Of a stretch of 64,000 nt of DNA, positions 28,784 to 40,201 are shown in pieces; within the stretch, counting starts at the first letter, position 1, and each line of letters opens with the position of its first letter. A program made the translations under genes and the position numbers. Below the pieces are notes generated by a model. The model was not told where the DNA came from, searched no databases, and saw only the letters and a program-made list of their open reading frames with translations. The stretch is from a virus (lineage: Duplodnaviria > Caudoviricetes): IMG/VR virus record IMGVR_UViG_3300031994_000020, one strand, 5' to 3'.

Positions 28784-29107
28784 TTATTTTTTATCAGGTA
28801 ATTCAGAGAGGAGTATTAAAACCATACCCGGAGAGTGTTTAAATTCTTCTCCCAAATCTTCTCGTATCATAATACATCCATCGACGGGAGCCTTATCATC
28901 ATATCCAAGATAATAATCAAGATAATACCAAGGAAGGTCGTATAAGGAACCGCTCCAAGAAGGACCATCTCCCGCATCCTCATCTTCTTCTTCTGTCCAT
29001 ACTACCACATTAACAATAGGATCGAATAAGCCTATGATATCTTTAAGCTGTAATCTCTTGGGATTATACTTTTTCATCTGTTTTACTTCTACATTTTTCA
29101 TATCCAT
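28784..29107 (-). CDS. hypothetical protein
   Basis: 107 aa ORF with RBS. Confidence 0.7.
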   Translation of the reverse strand: MDMKNVEVKQMKKYNPKRLQLKDIIGLFDPIVNVVVWTEEEDEDAGDGPSWSGSLYDLPWYYLDYYLGYDDKAPVDGCIMIREDLGEEFKHSPGMVLILLSELPDKK

Positions 29108-29252
29108 TTCCTCCTTAATTAAAAGTTAAAGTCTTTGAATATATAAGTTTTTCCGCATCTTCGACAATAAAAACATTCTTTTTTATATATATTTTTATGT
29201 CCAAATATGCTGCAAATTAATCTACCTATTGTTTTCTGGAATATCTTTTTCA

Positions 29253-29966
29253 TTAATATGCCTCCTCTCCAAAATCTCCCCAGTCAAAAATCACGGGGGA
29301 ACCATCTTCACGGTAACCGAAGTTACCCCAATGCCAATCATAGAGTCTTTTTTCTTTGAGAAAAGCGAGAAAGTTCTCTACAAATTCTTCTCCATAACAT
29401 TCAACTGCGGAAGCCAGCCAATCTTCTTCAAAGTGCCTCCACATAAAGTCACCTTGGAACTCGCAGCGCTGCTTATGAACATAAGTATTAGACTTCTTGG
29501 AAGTTTTGATTTTTCCTCTTAATTCTTCACTAACGTCATCATAAGTTGCGGCGATCCTTTCCTGCAGGTAGGCATAGTGATTATGTCCGATGCTGCCTAA
29601 GACCTCCATTCCCGCAAAAATATCAGCAACTCCCGCTTCTTTTGCTTCTTCATAAATATCATAGCTTTTTTCTGCATAGTCAACAATATAATTCTGAAAT
29701 TCCGTAGTGCAATTATAATTACGATCACATTTATCGACAAACCAACCGAAAAATGGAACTTTAATTACCTTATCCCACTTATTGTTGATTATAACGAACT
29801 GAGAAATACCCCATTTTGTTTCGAGGGTATAGTCAAGTTGGTCGAAAACTTTTTCGATAGAGCTAGATACCACAGATTCGTCTTCCTCAAAGGGTCCGAA
29901 ATCCGCAGGAAATTCTATGTCTAAAATATCTTTATATTCATTAAAATGTCCCATATTTATATTCAC
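29253..29966 (-). CDS. Protein kinase-like fold protein
   Basis: 'VIKVP' (beta3 Lys), 'YLQE', 'DWHWGNFGY' catalytic loop, 'VIFDW'. Confidence 0.65.
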   Translation of the reverse strand: MNINMGHFNEYKDILDIEFPADFGPFEEDESVVSSSIEKVFDQLDYTLETKWGISQFVIINNKWDKVIKVPFFGWFVDKCDRNYNCTTEFQNYIVDYAEKSYDIYEEAKEAGVADIFAGMEVLGSIGHNHYAYLQERIAATYDDVSEELRGKIKTSKKSNTYVHKQRCEFQGDFMWRHFEEDWLASAVECYGEEFVENFLAFLKEKRLYDWHWGNFGYREDGSPVIFDWGDFGEEAY

Positions 29967-30203
29967 CCTCTTCCTTTATCTTATATAAATATTATATCAT
30001 AAAAATTTAAAAAAGTCAAATGCGGGAAACGGATTAATTAAGAAGAGAAAAAGTGAGGCTTTTTTGTATATTTTTAATAAAAACCGTTTTGTCGACTTTT
30101 GCGATTTTTTACGAATTGCGGAAGATAAATATCTGCCGCATTTACTTGCTTTTGTTGAAAAAATATGTTATAATAATTATATAAAATATTAGGAGGTATA
30201 GAT

Positions 30204-30419
30204 ATGAGTATTTTAATAGATGTTTTATTTTTACTTTATGTAGGTGGAATGTCTGGATGGTGCGGTTATCTGTTAGGCAAAATGAGAGCTATGAACTTTT
30301 GGGAACAAAAGCAGATTGCAGAGTTCTATAAAGAGTATAAAGAGATGCCCGCAGAGCAGAAAAAGGCGTTTATGGAATGGTATATTGATGTAAAGAATAG
30401 AGAGGCGGGAAATGAGTAA
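30204..30419 (+). CDS. small membrane protein
   Basis: AGGAGG RBS, N-terminal TM segment. Confidence 0.65.
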   Translation: MSILIDVLFLLYVGGMSGWCGYLLGKMRAMNFWEQKQIAEFYKEYKEMPAEQKKAFMEWYIDVKNREAGNE

Positions 30420-30633
30420 ATGGATATAAAGTATATGTTTATTGAGACGCAGATCCAGAATATTGAGGATGAAATTACGCGGGCGGTGAAAGAAATGGAA
30501 TATAGTTCTTTGCCGGAAGAAGAGAAAGATAAATTTTTGAATAGGCTTTTTTATGTTTTAGAGGGACGGCTGATGAAATATACATGATGCGGCGAAGCTT
30601 GCTCTAATGATGCAGAGGAGCAAGGGTTCCCGC

Positions 30634-30950
30634 GTTAAAATTTTGTACGCCTAGAAAAATGTTAAAAAATTGTGTTAAAAATTTGTACATACAGCAAAAA
30701 TGTTAAAAAATTGTGTTAATTTTTTGTACGCATAGAATTTTGTTTATGATTTTTATATTTATAGATGAAAATGTTAAGATTACAGGCAGCATCAAAGCAA
30801 GGTTCCCGCATTAAATGATTTGTTCAAAAATTTCTATAGTTTTGTTCAAAAATTTCTAGTAAAATGTTTAAAAATTGTGTTTAAAAATTTCTATAGTTTT
30901 GTTTAAAAATTTCTAATGAAGTGTTTAAAAATTTCTATAGTTTTGTTTAA
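30634..30950. repeat. Iteron-like AT-rich direct repeats (putative replication origin)
   Basis: Multiple TGTTyAAAAATTTCTA and GTTAAAA(A)TT(T)TGT units; same unit again at 31668-31752. Confidence 0.7.
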
Positions 30951-31022
30951 GATTTACAGGACAAGAATTGTAAATCGTGAACAGATTATTTTAATATATT
31001 GATGAAAAGGAGGAGTGAAAAT

Positions 31023-31655
31023 ATGTTAAAAATACAATCTGATTCACGACAAGTGCCTAGTATAGAAAAATATACGGCAGATAAAAAATATCATGACCTT
31101 TTATATGGGGTATTGCAAGAAATGTCTTATGGTGAAAAACTTCCAAATGAAGATATCACAAATAGATATGTAAATAAAAAAGATTTTAGTTTTGAGACTT
31201 TAGGGGCTAAGATAGGATTAGCGAGGGTTACAACTTCAAAGTATTTTAAGAATTTAATTTCTCTTGGACTTATTGAAGAAGATAAAGAAAATAAGAGATA
31301 TAAATTAACTTATCTTGATAAAAGTATTGCTACTTTAATACCTTTTGAAACTTTAAGGAAGATTAATAACTCATTAAATCATAATTCAATATCCATTTAT
31401 GTTTATTTATTGAAAAGATATGTGGCGGCAGGAGAACAAGAGTTTATTTATACAAGAAGGCAATTAAAAAGTTTTTGTGGATTAGCTCCAGATACTAATG
31501 CAAATGATAATGTTATTTCTGATATACTTGAAGTTTTAGAATTATTGGGGCTAATTGAAAGAAGATATGTACAGGCGGAAGATAATAAAACGTTAACTTA
31601 TATAACGAAGGTAAGAAATCAAATTAAGGAACTTGGAGTTAAGCCGGGGATCTGA
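31023..31655 (+). CDS. wHTH replication initiator-like protein
   Basis: 'SFETLGAKIGLARVTTSKYFKNLISLGLI' HTH, second wHTH 'LEVLELLGLI'; flanked by iterons. Confidence 0.6.
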   Translation: MLKIQSDSRQVPSIEKYTADKKYHDLLYGVLQEMSYGEKLPNEDITNRYVNKKDFSFETLGAKIGLARVTTSKYFKNLISLGLIEEDKENKRYKLTYLDKSIATLIPFETLRKINNSLNHNSISIYVYLLKRYVAAGEQEFIYTRRQLKSFCGLAPDTNANDNVISDILEVLELLGLIERRYVQAEDNKTLTYITKVRNQIKELGVKPGI

Positions 31656-31934
31656 CAAACGACAATTTTGTTCAAAAATTTCTAATGAAGTGTTTAAAAA
31701 TTTCGGCGGGCTTGTAAATAGTTTGTTCAAAAATTTCTATAGTTTTGTCTAAAAAATAGGTATCTATTAAATAGAAATAGAGGGCATTGAATAGAAATAG
31801 TATAGACGAGATTAATGAAATGTCGCTTCGCTCCATTTCATTAATCTCTTAAAGAGTTGATGAGGGGGTAGGATCTAGTATTAGGGGCCTTCCCGCATAT
31901 TAGAGGGTATATTTTTGGTTAGGGGGTATAAAAT

Positions 31935-32483
31935 ATGGAAGATAATCGAGTTTTTAGAATGGATTGTGAAATTTTGGAACGGATGTTAAAAGAATGGGAA
32001 GATATAAAAGAGATGGGTCTTGATTCATATAAGATAAAAGACTGTTTTATAAAGATATGGGTAAGGAGAATTATCCATCTCCCGCCTGATATATGGGACA
32101 GGGTGAGAAAGGTTACTGAAGGATTAGATGGAAGTTATATGAATATGAGTGTTGGTAATTTTCTTGCTATTGTTAATAATAATACAGAAGAAGATGCAAG
32201 GAAGAAAATAGAATTATGTAATAAGAATAATAGTTATTATGAAGTGAGAGAAAAGGTTATTAATAAAGATAATTTTGACTCTATTCCTGTTCCTATTGTA
32301 AACAATGTAATAAAAGAGTATGGTATTGATGGGGCAGTGGTTAGATTAAATGAAGACGCGGATGTGTCGTATGGGGAGATTCTTTCTGTTGTTGATGAAG
32401 CTATAGAACAGATTGGTATTGTAGAAGATGCTTTAAAAAAGTTTGATAATGTGAAGAAGAGATCATTGAATGAAGATAAGTAA
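31935..32483 (+). CDS. hypothetical protein
   Basis: 182 aa ORF. Confidence 0.65.
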   Translation: MEDNRVFRMDCEILERMLKEWEDIKEMGLDSYKIKDCFIKIWVRRIIHLPPDIWDRVRKVTEGLDGSYMNMSVGNFLAIVNNNTEEDARKKIELCNKNNSYYEVREKVINKDNFDSIPVPIVNNVIKEYGIDGAVVRLNEDADVSYGEILSVVDEAIEQIGIVEDALKKFDNVKKRSLNEDK

Positions 32484-32663
32484 ATAAGTAGTTGGGGATG
32501 GAGATGATAAGAAGGCGGGTAATGGTGAGTAGGGTAACGGCGGGTGAGATTAGTTAGGTAATGATGCTAGGTAATGGTGAGTGTTAGGTGCACCTGTACC
32601 AGACCTGTGTGATTTTACCGTCATCGTTATCGTCTTCCTCTTTAAATAAAAAAATAACTTAGC

Positions 32664-33017
32664 TTACGCTAAGTTATTCTTCTTCAGAAACTCTATGATT
32701 GTTTTATCTGGGTTTATTCCTTTTCTTTCTCTTGTTGGAACCACTTTAGTCAAGACCTCTTCTATTGGATCGAGGTTCTTTATCATTGTGTCATAGAAAT
32801 CATTTTCCTCTTCCTCGGTCATGTTCTCAAAGTTAGGATCGAGGAGCTTAATGTATTCTAGAATTGCATCAAGCATCTCCTGCCGCGCATTGATGAATTC
32901 CTGTCTTTTCTCTTTCGCAGCCACTTCATTTATCTGGGCGGTGATGTCCGCAATAACCTGTTCCTTGGTTGCGCGCTGCAGCCAGGCTCTTATTATATCA
33001 TTATCTATTGTTATCAT
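32664..33017 (-). CDS. hypothetical protein
   Basis: 117 aa, promoter and RBS. Confidence 0.75.
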   Translation of the reverse strand: MITIDNDIIRAWLQRATKEQVIADITAQINEVAAKEKRQEFINARQEMLDAILEYIKLLDPNFENMTEEEENDFYDTMIKNLDPIEEVLTKVVPTRERKGINPDKTIIEFLKKNNLA

Positions 33018-33616
33018 ATTTATTCTCCTTTTTTTATTTTATATATATATTATATCATATTTTTTTTAATTTGTCAACTGCTGCCGGCATATACAAAAAT
33101 GAAAGTGCGGCAAGCGAAAATTGTAAATCGTTACAAAGGCTGTAGTTAGCTCTTGTTTAATGAAAGATAATTGAACGAAACTTTATGAGCCAGAAGCAAA
33201 AAATGGCTCACAGAGCCTCTGAGAATGTGCGGATTTAAAAAAGGGTTTTTTTAATATTATAACATATTTTTTTTGAAAGCGCAAGTAAAGGCAGACAACT
33301 AGCGGCGGCCCGCATATTGCGGGATTTAGTCTGGAGATCTCATAAGTTCAAACATCTGGGAAAAAATTCCATATAGGATCGCGGAGCTGGAATTCGGCAC
33401 ACTGCAGTCGCAGTCGCGCCGCAGTAATAAAGGTTTATTACGTATCATATAGAATAGATATCAGAATTAACGTGCCCCGCTCGAACGTGCGGTAGAAGCT
33501 TGCTATAGGTTATTTAGATTTTTTCCTTTATCTATAATTATTATATCATAATTTTTTTAATTTGTCAAGAAAAGCAGAAAAAGGCAAACCTTTTAGAAGA
33601 AAGGTTTGCCCTCTCT

Positions 33617-34604
33617 TTAAAAGAAATAACCATCTTCAAAAGAGAATTTTGCTATTTCCATTAACTCGGCAAGTTTGCCAAAGGTTCCGAAGTTCATTTC
33701 TGAAATACACTGAACCAACCACTGAAAGCACTCATACTCGGGACTTGTAATAAATGTTGAGGGGATAAACCTCTTTTCTTCCTTATCCCACTGAAGCACT
33801 CGCCGCACATCGGGATGTTTAGTACTTCCGCCCCATACCTCAAAATATGTATTTTTTGTATCAAGTCTTGAGTATATTATCATTTTTTATTCCTCTCTTT
33901 CTTTATCTTATGTATTTATTATATCACTCTGCAAGGAATTTGTCAAGCTCTTTTTGAAAATTTCTTTTAGCTTTTTTGCGGGAAGGCTTCTTTTTACTTT
34001 CGAACATGCGTTCGCCTGTATTAAAACCATTCATAATGCGGTTAGCTTTTTGTACCTCAAGCCACTGCTTTTTTGTCATGGTCTTCCGCATATCGAATTC
34101 AATATATTTATCATTCATTTTTTAATTCCTCTATCTGTTTTTTGTACTTTTTATAAAGGTCTTCTATTGCTTCATAAGTTACTTCTTCATAATCTTCATC
34201 AAAAGACTGTGCAAATAATGCCGCTCCCATTATTCTGCCTAATGCTCCATTGATAAGTTCATCAATAGTAATCCATCTAACTATGCCTAATCTTACGCCC
34301 TCAATTACTTCTTTTGTGTCATTTAACTCCATTTTATAGTAATTTTCAAGATATTTTAATACTTTCATGCGGTTTTCCTCTCTTATTCTACATAGTCATC
34401 ATAAATTTTTATTTCAATTTTTGCTTTTTCAAGTTTAGGTATATCCTCTTCCTTAAAGCCATCCCAAAAATCTAATATGTCTTTAGTATAGGTATTTTGT
34501 GAAACAATAAGGCTATCAGCAATTTTAAGTAAACTTTCAAGAGTATTAACTTCTTTAAATTGATACCAATAATCATCACTTGCTTTAGTAATTAGTGCTA
34601 ACAT
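33617..34604 (-). other. Four small early ORFs (33617-33883, 33924-34118, 34111-34368, 34383-34604)
   Basis: AGAGG RBSs, sigma-A promoters. Confidence 0.7.
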
Positions 34605-34614
34605 TCTTTATTTT

Positions 34615-34740
34615 CCTCTCTTTCTATTTTGCACAAATTCGATAAACCCTACTATTCCACAAAAAGGGTAATATAATATTGCAATAAATAATATTATTAA
34701 TAATAGTTTTTCAATATCAAACATTTTTTTCCTCTCTTTC
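34615..34740. repeat. 126-bp exact duplicate of 36195-36320 (small TM ORF MFDIEKLLLII..)
   Basis: Identical by direct comparison. Confidence 0.9.
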
Positions 34741-34975
34741 CTTTGATAATCTTATTATATCATATTTTGGGATAATGTAAATAGATAAAAATGACAAAAA
34801 ATCGGTCAAAAAATAGTCAAAATTGCATAAAAGTGCCTAAATTTGGCGCATTTTCGAGCGAAAATGCGCCATCCAAGCTTTTTTTAGCTCAAATTGCGCT
34901 TATTTGCAACTTAAATGACGCATTTTCAGTTTTTATGTGGGGGTGGGGGATTACTTGCCCCACCCCTTTGGTCTA

Positions 34976-35329
34976 TCAGGCTACAGAGAACAGAGCCTTT
35001 TTCTTGTCTACAGTTCTGACAACCTCGCCAGCCTTGTTAAGTGCGGTAAGCAGAGCAGTTACCTTGGGCAGAGAGAGAACAGCCTCGGCGGTTGCATTGT
35101 AGCGGTTCATTACCTCGGTAGCGGATACAGGCTCCTCAGTAAGCAGAGCGACAATCTTAGCCTTTATCTCCTCATTTTCTTTCTGGGTCTTGGTAGCGCC
35201 CCTGTTCTCGGACTTCTTGACAAAGGATGCCTTGATAGCGTTCAGCTTCTCAAACACTTCCGCAGGAAGTTCATTTTCAAAGTTGGTTACTACATACTCA
35301 ATTGCCTTTACATTAGTCATCTTTTCCAT
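34976..35329 (-). CDS. wHTH-like DNA-binding protein (paralog of 38397-38756)
   Basis: MEKMTNVKA..LPKVTALLTAL..VRTVDKKKALF. Confidence 0.75.
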   Translation of the reverse strand: MEKMTNVKAIEYVVTNFENELPAEVFEKLNAIKASFVKKSENRGATKTQKENEEIKAKIVALLTEEPVSATEVMNRYNATAEAVLSLPKVTALLTALNKAGEVVRTVDKKKALFSVA

Positions 35330-36348
35330 AAATTTGCACCTCTTTCATTTTTTGATTTATTATAGTGTTTACATTTACATTTTACCATATTCAATTGTAT
35401 TTGTCAAGCGGTTGGCTGAATTTTTTTAATGAGGATTTCAAACCTCGGAATTGACTGTAGTAGTTTTCCTTTGCGCGCGGGGTAGGTTGTCTACTCTCTT
35501 TTAAGTCGCTTCCTTTATCTTATATATTTATTATATCATATCTTTTTTATTTTGTCAAGCATTTTTTTTATTTTTTTTCTTGACTTTCGCTTGGCTTCTT
35601 TCTTTATCTTATATATTTATTATATCATAAGATTTTTATTTTGTCAAGCATTTTTTTTAAGATTTCTCAAAAAGGATTATTGACTATATCTTATTTTTAT
35701 AAGCCCGAAACATCAATTTTCTTACACACTTGATGGGGTTTTCTTATCAAGTTTTACAAGCCTTTTTGATTTATCTTATGTATTTATTATAACAAAAAAT
35801 TTTTAATATTGCAATATACAAAATATACAAATTTTGGGAATGATCTTTGTGCAATTTTTTTAAAAAATCCACTTGACAAAATCTCAAAAGCATGGTATAA
35901 TGGTAAATTTGGCGCGTGACCAGCCTTGGGCGCCCGGTCACGCGCCAACAAAAAAGTCAAGGGGATTATTAAATAATCCCCTCAGCTTTACAACAAGTTG
36001 CAAAAGCATTTACACAATCTAACCAACAGTTTTCGATGCTTGCAATTTCTGAAAGTATTATATCATCTGCCGCATCGGGAACACCATCCGCAAGCCAATA
36101 CTCATAAAAAGTATCTTCTGAAAAATGCTCCCTTGCGTAAGCGTCCATTTCTTTAAGTAATTTTACTCTTAATTCAATAATGCTCATTTTTTCGCCTCTC
36201 TTTCTATTTTGCACAAATTCGATAAACCCTACTATTCCACAAAAAGGGTAATATAATATTGCAATAAATAATATTATTAATAATAGTTTTTCAATATCAA
36301 ACATTTTTTTCCTCTCTTTCATTTGATAGATTTATTATAACATACTGT

Positions 36349-36864
36349 TTACTCATTGTCAAGGTTTTTTGTGTAAAATTCTATAAAAGCTTTTTTCAGT
36401 TCTTGCCATATCTCCTCAAGTTCTTTTTTGTTTTCTTTTGCATAATTTATAGCCCATTCAGTGGCGATTATTTCATCAGGCAAGCTAAAATACTCAAACT
36501 CAAGCTTTTTAGCTTCTTTTTCGCTTTTTGCTTTTTCCATTTCTGTTTCGATGCGCTTTTTTTCTCTCATGCAAAAGTCATAAGCCACTTCACTTTCATA
36601 AATATCATCAAGTGTCATTTTATGTCCGATTTCATGGAGTACAGTTATTATAAAAGTGTTTTCAACCTTATAACCAAAACGCTTTTTTACAAACTCATTA
36701 AACCATATATCTTCTGCTTTGTTTTCTACAAGAGAATAAGTTATTTTATTTTCATTAGGGTAAAATGCCCAGTCCCCATTCATATTAAATTTATCTATCC
36801 CAAACTGACTAAAAGCAGTTATCATAGCCTTATTCAGTTTCTTTATTCCTTTAAGCTTTGCCAT
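36349..36864 (-). CDS. HExxH metallopeptidase-like protein
   Basis: 'VLHEIGH','EIIATEWA'. Confidence 0.7.
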   Translation of the reverse strand: MAKLKGIKKLNKAMITAFSQFGIDKFNMNGDWAFYPNENKITYSLVENKAEDIWFNEFVKKRFGYKVENTFIITVLHEIGHKMTLDDIYESEVAYDFCMREKKRIETEMEKAKSEKEAKKLEFEYFSLPDEIIATEWAINYAKENKKELEEIWQELKKAFIEFYTKNLDNE

Positions 36865-37001
36865 TTTGTTTACCTCTCTTTTCTTTATCTTATGTAATTA
36901 TTATATCATTACATTTTTATTTTGTCAAGATATTTTTTAAAAAATTTTTTTATTTTTTCACTTGACAAGAACGCATGTTCGGCGTACGTGCGGGAGTTAG
37001 C

Positions 37002-37460
37002 TTAAGCTAACAGTTCCCGCAATTCCGCAATTATGTTTTTATTTGCATCTATTGTTGTACCTAAATCCCATTCCTTGCGGTTGCGCTCCTCATCATCAAC
37101 AAGGATGCCTTTTCCATACTTGCGGCAAGTATCCGCTTTCCGCTTACCATAAGCGGTGATTAAAACCTTATCAAGCACTGCATCAAACAGATATTTTTTT
37201 AACCATTCCATTTTAGCTTCAATTACCGCCTTATCATAATCTGCATTGTGTGCTTTACTGCACCAAGAGATTATGCCTATTTTATAACCGCTCATTTTAA
37301 GCTCTACAAGGACAGGCATTATTTTAAGTAAGTCATAAATCATGCCCGCATTGCGGTAAGGTCTTGTATTAAAAGCGTTAAGGTCATCAAGCCAACCATT
37401 CACGCTGTATAAGTCTGCTATTGTTCCATCCATGTCAAGCCATATCCAACCTTTATCCAT
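37002..37460 (-). CDS. HAD-family 5'(3')-nucleotidase-like protein
   Basis: 'LDMDGTIADL','ISW','ILVDD'. Confidence 0.8.
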   Translation of the reverse strand: MDKGWIWLDMDGTIADLYSVNGWLDDLNAFNTRPYRNAGMIYDLLKIMPVLVELKMSGYKIGIISWCSKAHNADYDKAVIEAKMEWLKKYLFDAVLDKVLITAYGKRKADTCRKYGKGILVDDEERNRKEWDLGTTIDANKNIIAELRELLA

Positions 37461-37707
37461 TCTTTTGTTCTCCTCTCTTTATCTTATGTAATTATTATAA
37501 CACATTATTAGATAATTACAATAGACAAAATAAACAAAATTGCGGGAGATTTTTTATTAAAATTTACAACAAAATTTCGCTTGACAAAAACTGCGGGGTA
37601 TGGTATAATGGAAAATCTGGGTCGCGAGCCACCGCACGCGACCCACCAAAAAGAAAACCCGCATTTCTGCGGGTTTCAGAGAGGAGGTCGAACATTTTGA
37701 TTTTGAG

Positions 37708-37779
37708 TGCGCCGAATGGGAGTTGAACCCACCTAACCATGATTAAAAGTCATGTGCCTATCCGCTAGGCTATCGGCGC
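37708..37779 (-). tRNA. tRNA-Lys(TTT), isolated in the early region
   Basis: GCGCCGA/TCGGCGC-A, CATGA-CTTTTAA-TCATG. Confidence 0.9.
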
Positions 37780-37969
37780 AAGGTTGGGGAGGTCTTACTT
37801 GACCTTTGCCCCTGCAATCTTGCCATCAGGTAAGATTACATTTGTACCGAACAGGATGTCAAACCCTGTAAACTGCGCTCTTGCGCGGAAGATGCGGTCA
37901 GAGTTCCACTTTGCTATGAACTCCGCCTTGGTTTTAGGACACTCCTCAAAAGTAAGTTTCTTCATTTTT

Positions 37970-38296
37970 TTATTCCCCTTTCTTTCTGTGCTTGATGAGA
38001 GTTACTGAATAATCACCGAAAGTGATTTCCCTCTGTTCATTTACTATTGTAGCATCATTGTAGCCATTTGTCAAGAGAAAATCCGCAAGTTTTTTAATTA
38101 TTTCAATTTTTTCCGCATCTTTCTTGACTTCTCTTGGCTTGCGCTTGGGCTTGTTTTCGCTCATTGTCTTGCCCTTGTTTGCGTTGGCTTTTAACTCCAT
38201 GTCAGCCATTTCTTCGGCTTCTTCTCTTGTAACTGGCTCACCATCCGCTTCGGCTTCTTTCATAATGTCAAGTATCAGTTTTTCTCTTTTGTCCAT
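37970..38296 (-). CDS. hypothetical phage protein
   Basis: 108 aa, promoter and RBS. Confidence 0.75.
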   Translation of the reverse strand: MDKREKLILDIMKEAEADGEPVTREEAEEMADMELKANANKGKTMSENKPKRKPREVKKDAEKIEIIKKLADFLLTNGYNDATIVNEQREITFGDYSVTLIKHRKKGE

Positions 38297-38396
38297 AATC
38301 TTTACCTCACTTTCTATTATGATTATAGCACATCAGTTTCAGTTTGTCAACAGTTTTTTTTATTTTTTTTGGGTGGGGGCTTTCGCCCCCTATCCC

Positions 38397-38756
38397 TTAT
38401 GCTATCTTATAAAGTGCCTTTTTCTTGTCAGTCACTCTCTCAACAGCCTTTGCATCTTTCAGCTGAGTAAGCAGAGCGGTAAGCTTGGGCAGAGTGACTA
38501 CATTATACTTTGCATCAGCCGCCTTTATCTTTGTAAGGATTTCAGTAGCAGTTGCGCCCTCTGCGGTCACATTTGCAAGGATTACCGCCTTAAGCTCTTC
38601 ATTAGCTTTCTGTGTAGCGGTAGGCTTGCGGTTTTCCGCTTTCTTGATGAATGATGCCTTGATAGCGGTCAGCTTGTCAAAAACCTCTTCGGGCAGGTCA
38701 GCACCGCAATTTTCGAGAACATAATCCATTGCCTTTACATTAGTCATCTTTTCCAT
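38397..38756 (-). CDS. wHTH-like DNA-binding protein
   Basis: Paralog of 34976-35329 with the same RBS/start context. Confidence 0.75.
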   Translation of the reverse strand: MEKMTNVKAMDYVLENCGADLPEEVFDKLTAIKASFIKKAENRKPTATQKANEELKAVILANVTAEGATATEILTKIKAADAKYNVVTLPKLTALLTQLKDAKAVERVTDKKKALYKIA

Positions 38757-39810
38757 AGTTTTGCACCTCTTTCTTTTTTTTGAATGTTTTTTGTTGTTTT
38801 CTTATGTATTTATTATATCATAAGTTTTTTTGTTTGTCAAGCATTTTTTTTATTTTTTTAAGAGTTTTTTCAGTGCTTGTTCTTTTTTTCTCTTTCATCT
38901 TATGTATTTATTATATCATAAGATTTTTATTTTGTCAAGACTTTTTTTATTTTTTTTTAGGAAAGTTTCTTGACTTTTTTCTTTCCTCATCTTTATAATA
39001 ATATTATATCATAAAAAATAAAAAAAGTCAATTGTTAAAACCTTACAAATTTTGGGAATAATTTTTGTATAATTTTTTTTAAAAAAGTGCTTGACAAAAA
39101 GTGCGGAGGTGTGGTATAATGGAATTTCTGCCCGCAGCCGACACCTTTGGCGCCGACTGCGGGCCGTGCAAAAAGCGCACCTTAGTAGGTGCGCTCTTCC
39201 TCATACTTCGGCTTGTAAGTACCACCTTCCGCCTTGACCTTTTCAGCTTCTGCGTAGGTTCTGACCTCAAAAACCTTGCCATTCTTATCAGTGCATACAT
39301 AAGTTAAAGTTGTCATTTTATTTATCCCCTTTCTTATCTTGTAAATTTATTATATCATATTATTTTTTATTTGTCAAGGATTTTTTAGCAATTACATGTC
39401 GTCATATTCAACCTCTATATCACCTAATGATGTGCGAATTGTACCATATTTGCCATAAATTCCGAGTATTACTTCAACAAGCACTTCAGGGCGATCCTCT
39501 ATATCTTCTATATTAAAAACATCTTCTACTATGTTAGTAATTTCTCTTATGGTATTTCTTTCCTCTTTTGTTACCCCTATTGTTACTTTCTTATTCAATT
39601 TCATTTTTATTTATCCCCTTTCTTATTTTGTAAATTTATTATATCATTCTTTTATCATGTTGTCAAGTTCTTTTTTCATTTTCTGTCGAAATTTTTTTCT
39701 ATTTTTCTTTTTGTACCAGCTCCACCCTTGAGGATGATTATGAGAAGAACAGCACCAGCGTTTTATAAAATTATCTTGAAAAATTTCCTTTTTGATATTT
39801 CTTCTCATTT

Positions 39811-40071
39811 TTATATCCCCCTATACAAAAGTGTCAAAAAGTAAATGTTTAAAACTGCGCTTGCAGTGTGCATCATTATTGAATTTATATGGCGGTCAGT
39901 AGTAAAATCTTTTACCAGACCGAATACCGCAAGAGCCAAACCGAACCATGATACCGAAAGTCCAAACATCATTATAAGGGCTACATTGAGAATTTGAATT
40001 CCCGCCCGCAAGTCATTCATTTCAAACTTATAAGCGGTTTCGATATTGAAAAACCTTTTTATTTTTTTCAT
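39811..40071 (-). CDS. small membrane protein
   Basis: 2-3 hydrophobic segments. Confidence 0.7.
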   Translation of the reverse strand: MKKIKRFFNIETAYKFEMNDLRAGIQILNVALIMMFGLSVSWFGLALAVFGLVKDFTTDRHINSIMMHTASAVLNIYFLTLLYRGI

Positions 40072-40201
40072 TCTTTTGTTTCTCCTCTCTTTATCTTATG
40101 TATTTATTATAGCATTATGTTTTTATTTTGTCAAGCATTTTTTAAAAAATTTTTTTTAGAACATTTGTTCGGGGTGCACGTGCGCCCATAGGGCGGGATT
40201 G

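Noticed and set aside
30634-30950. CRISPR array
   Set aside because: Short AT-rich units with irregular 4-8 bp spacing; iteron-like instead
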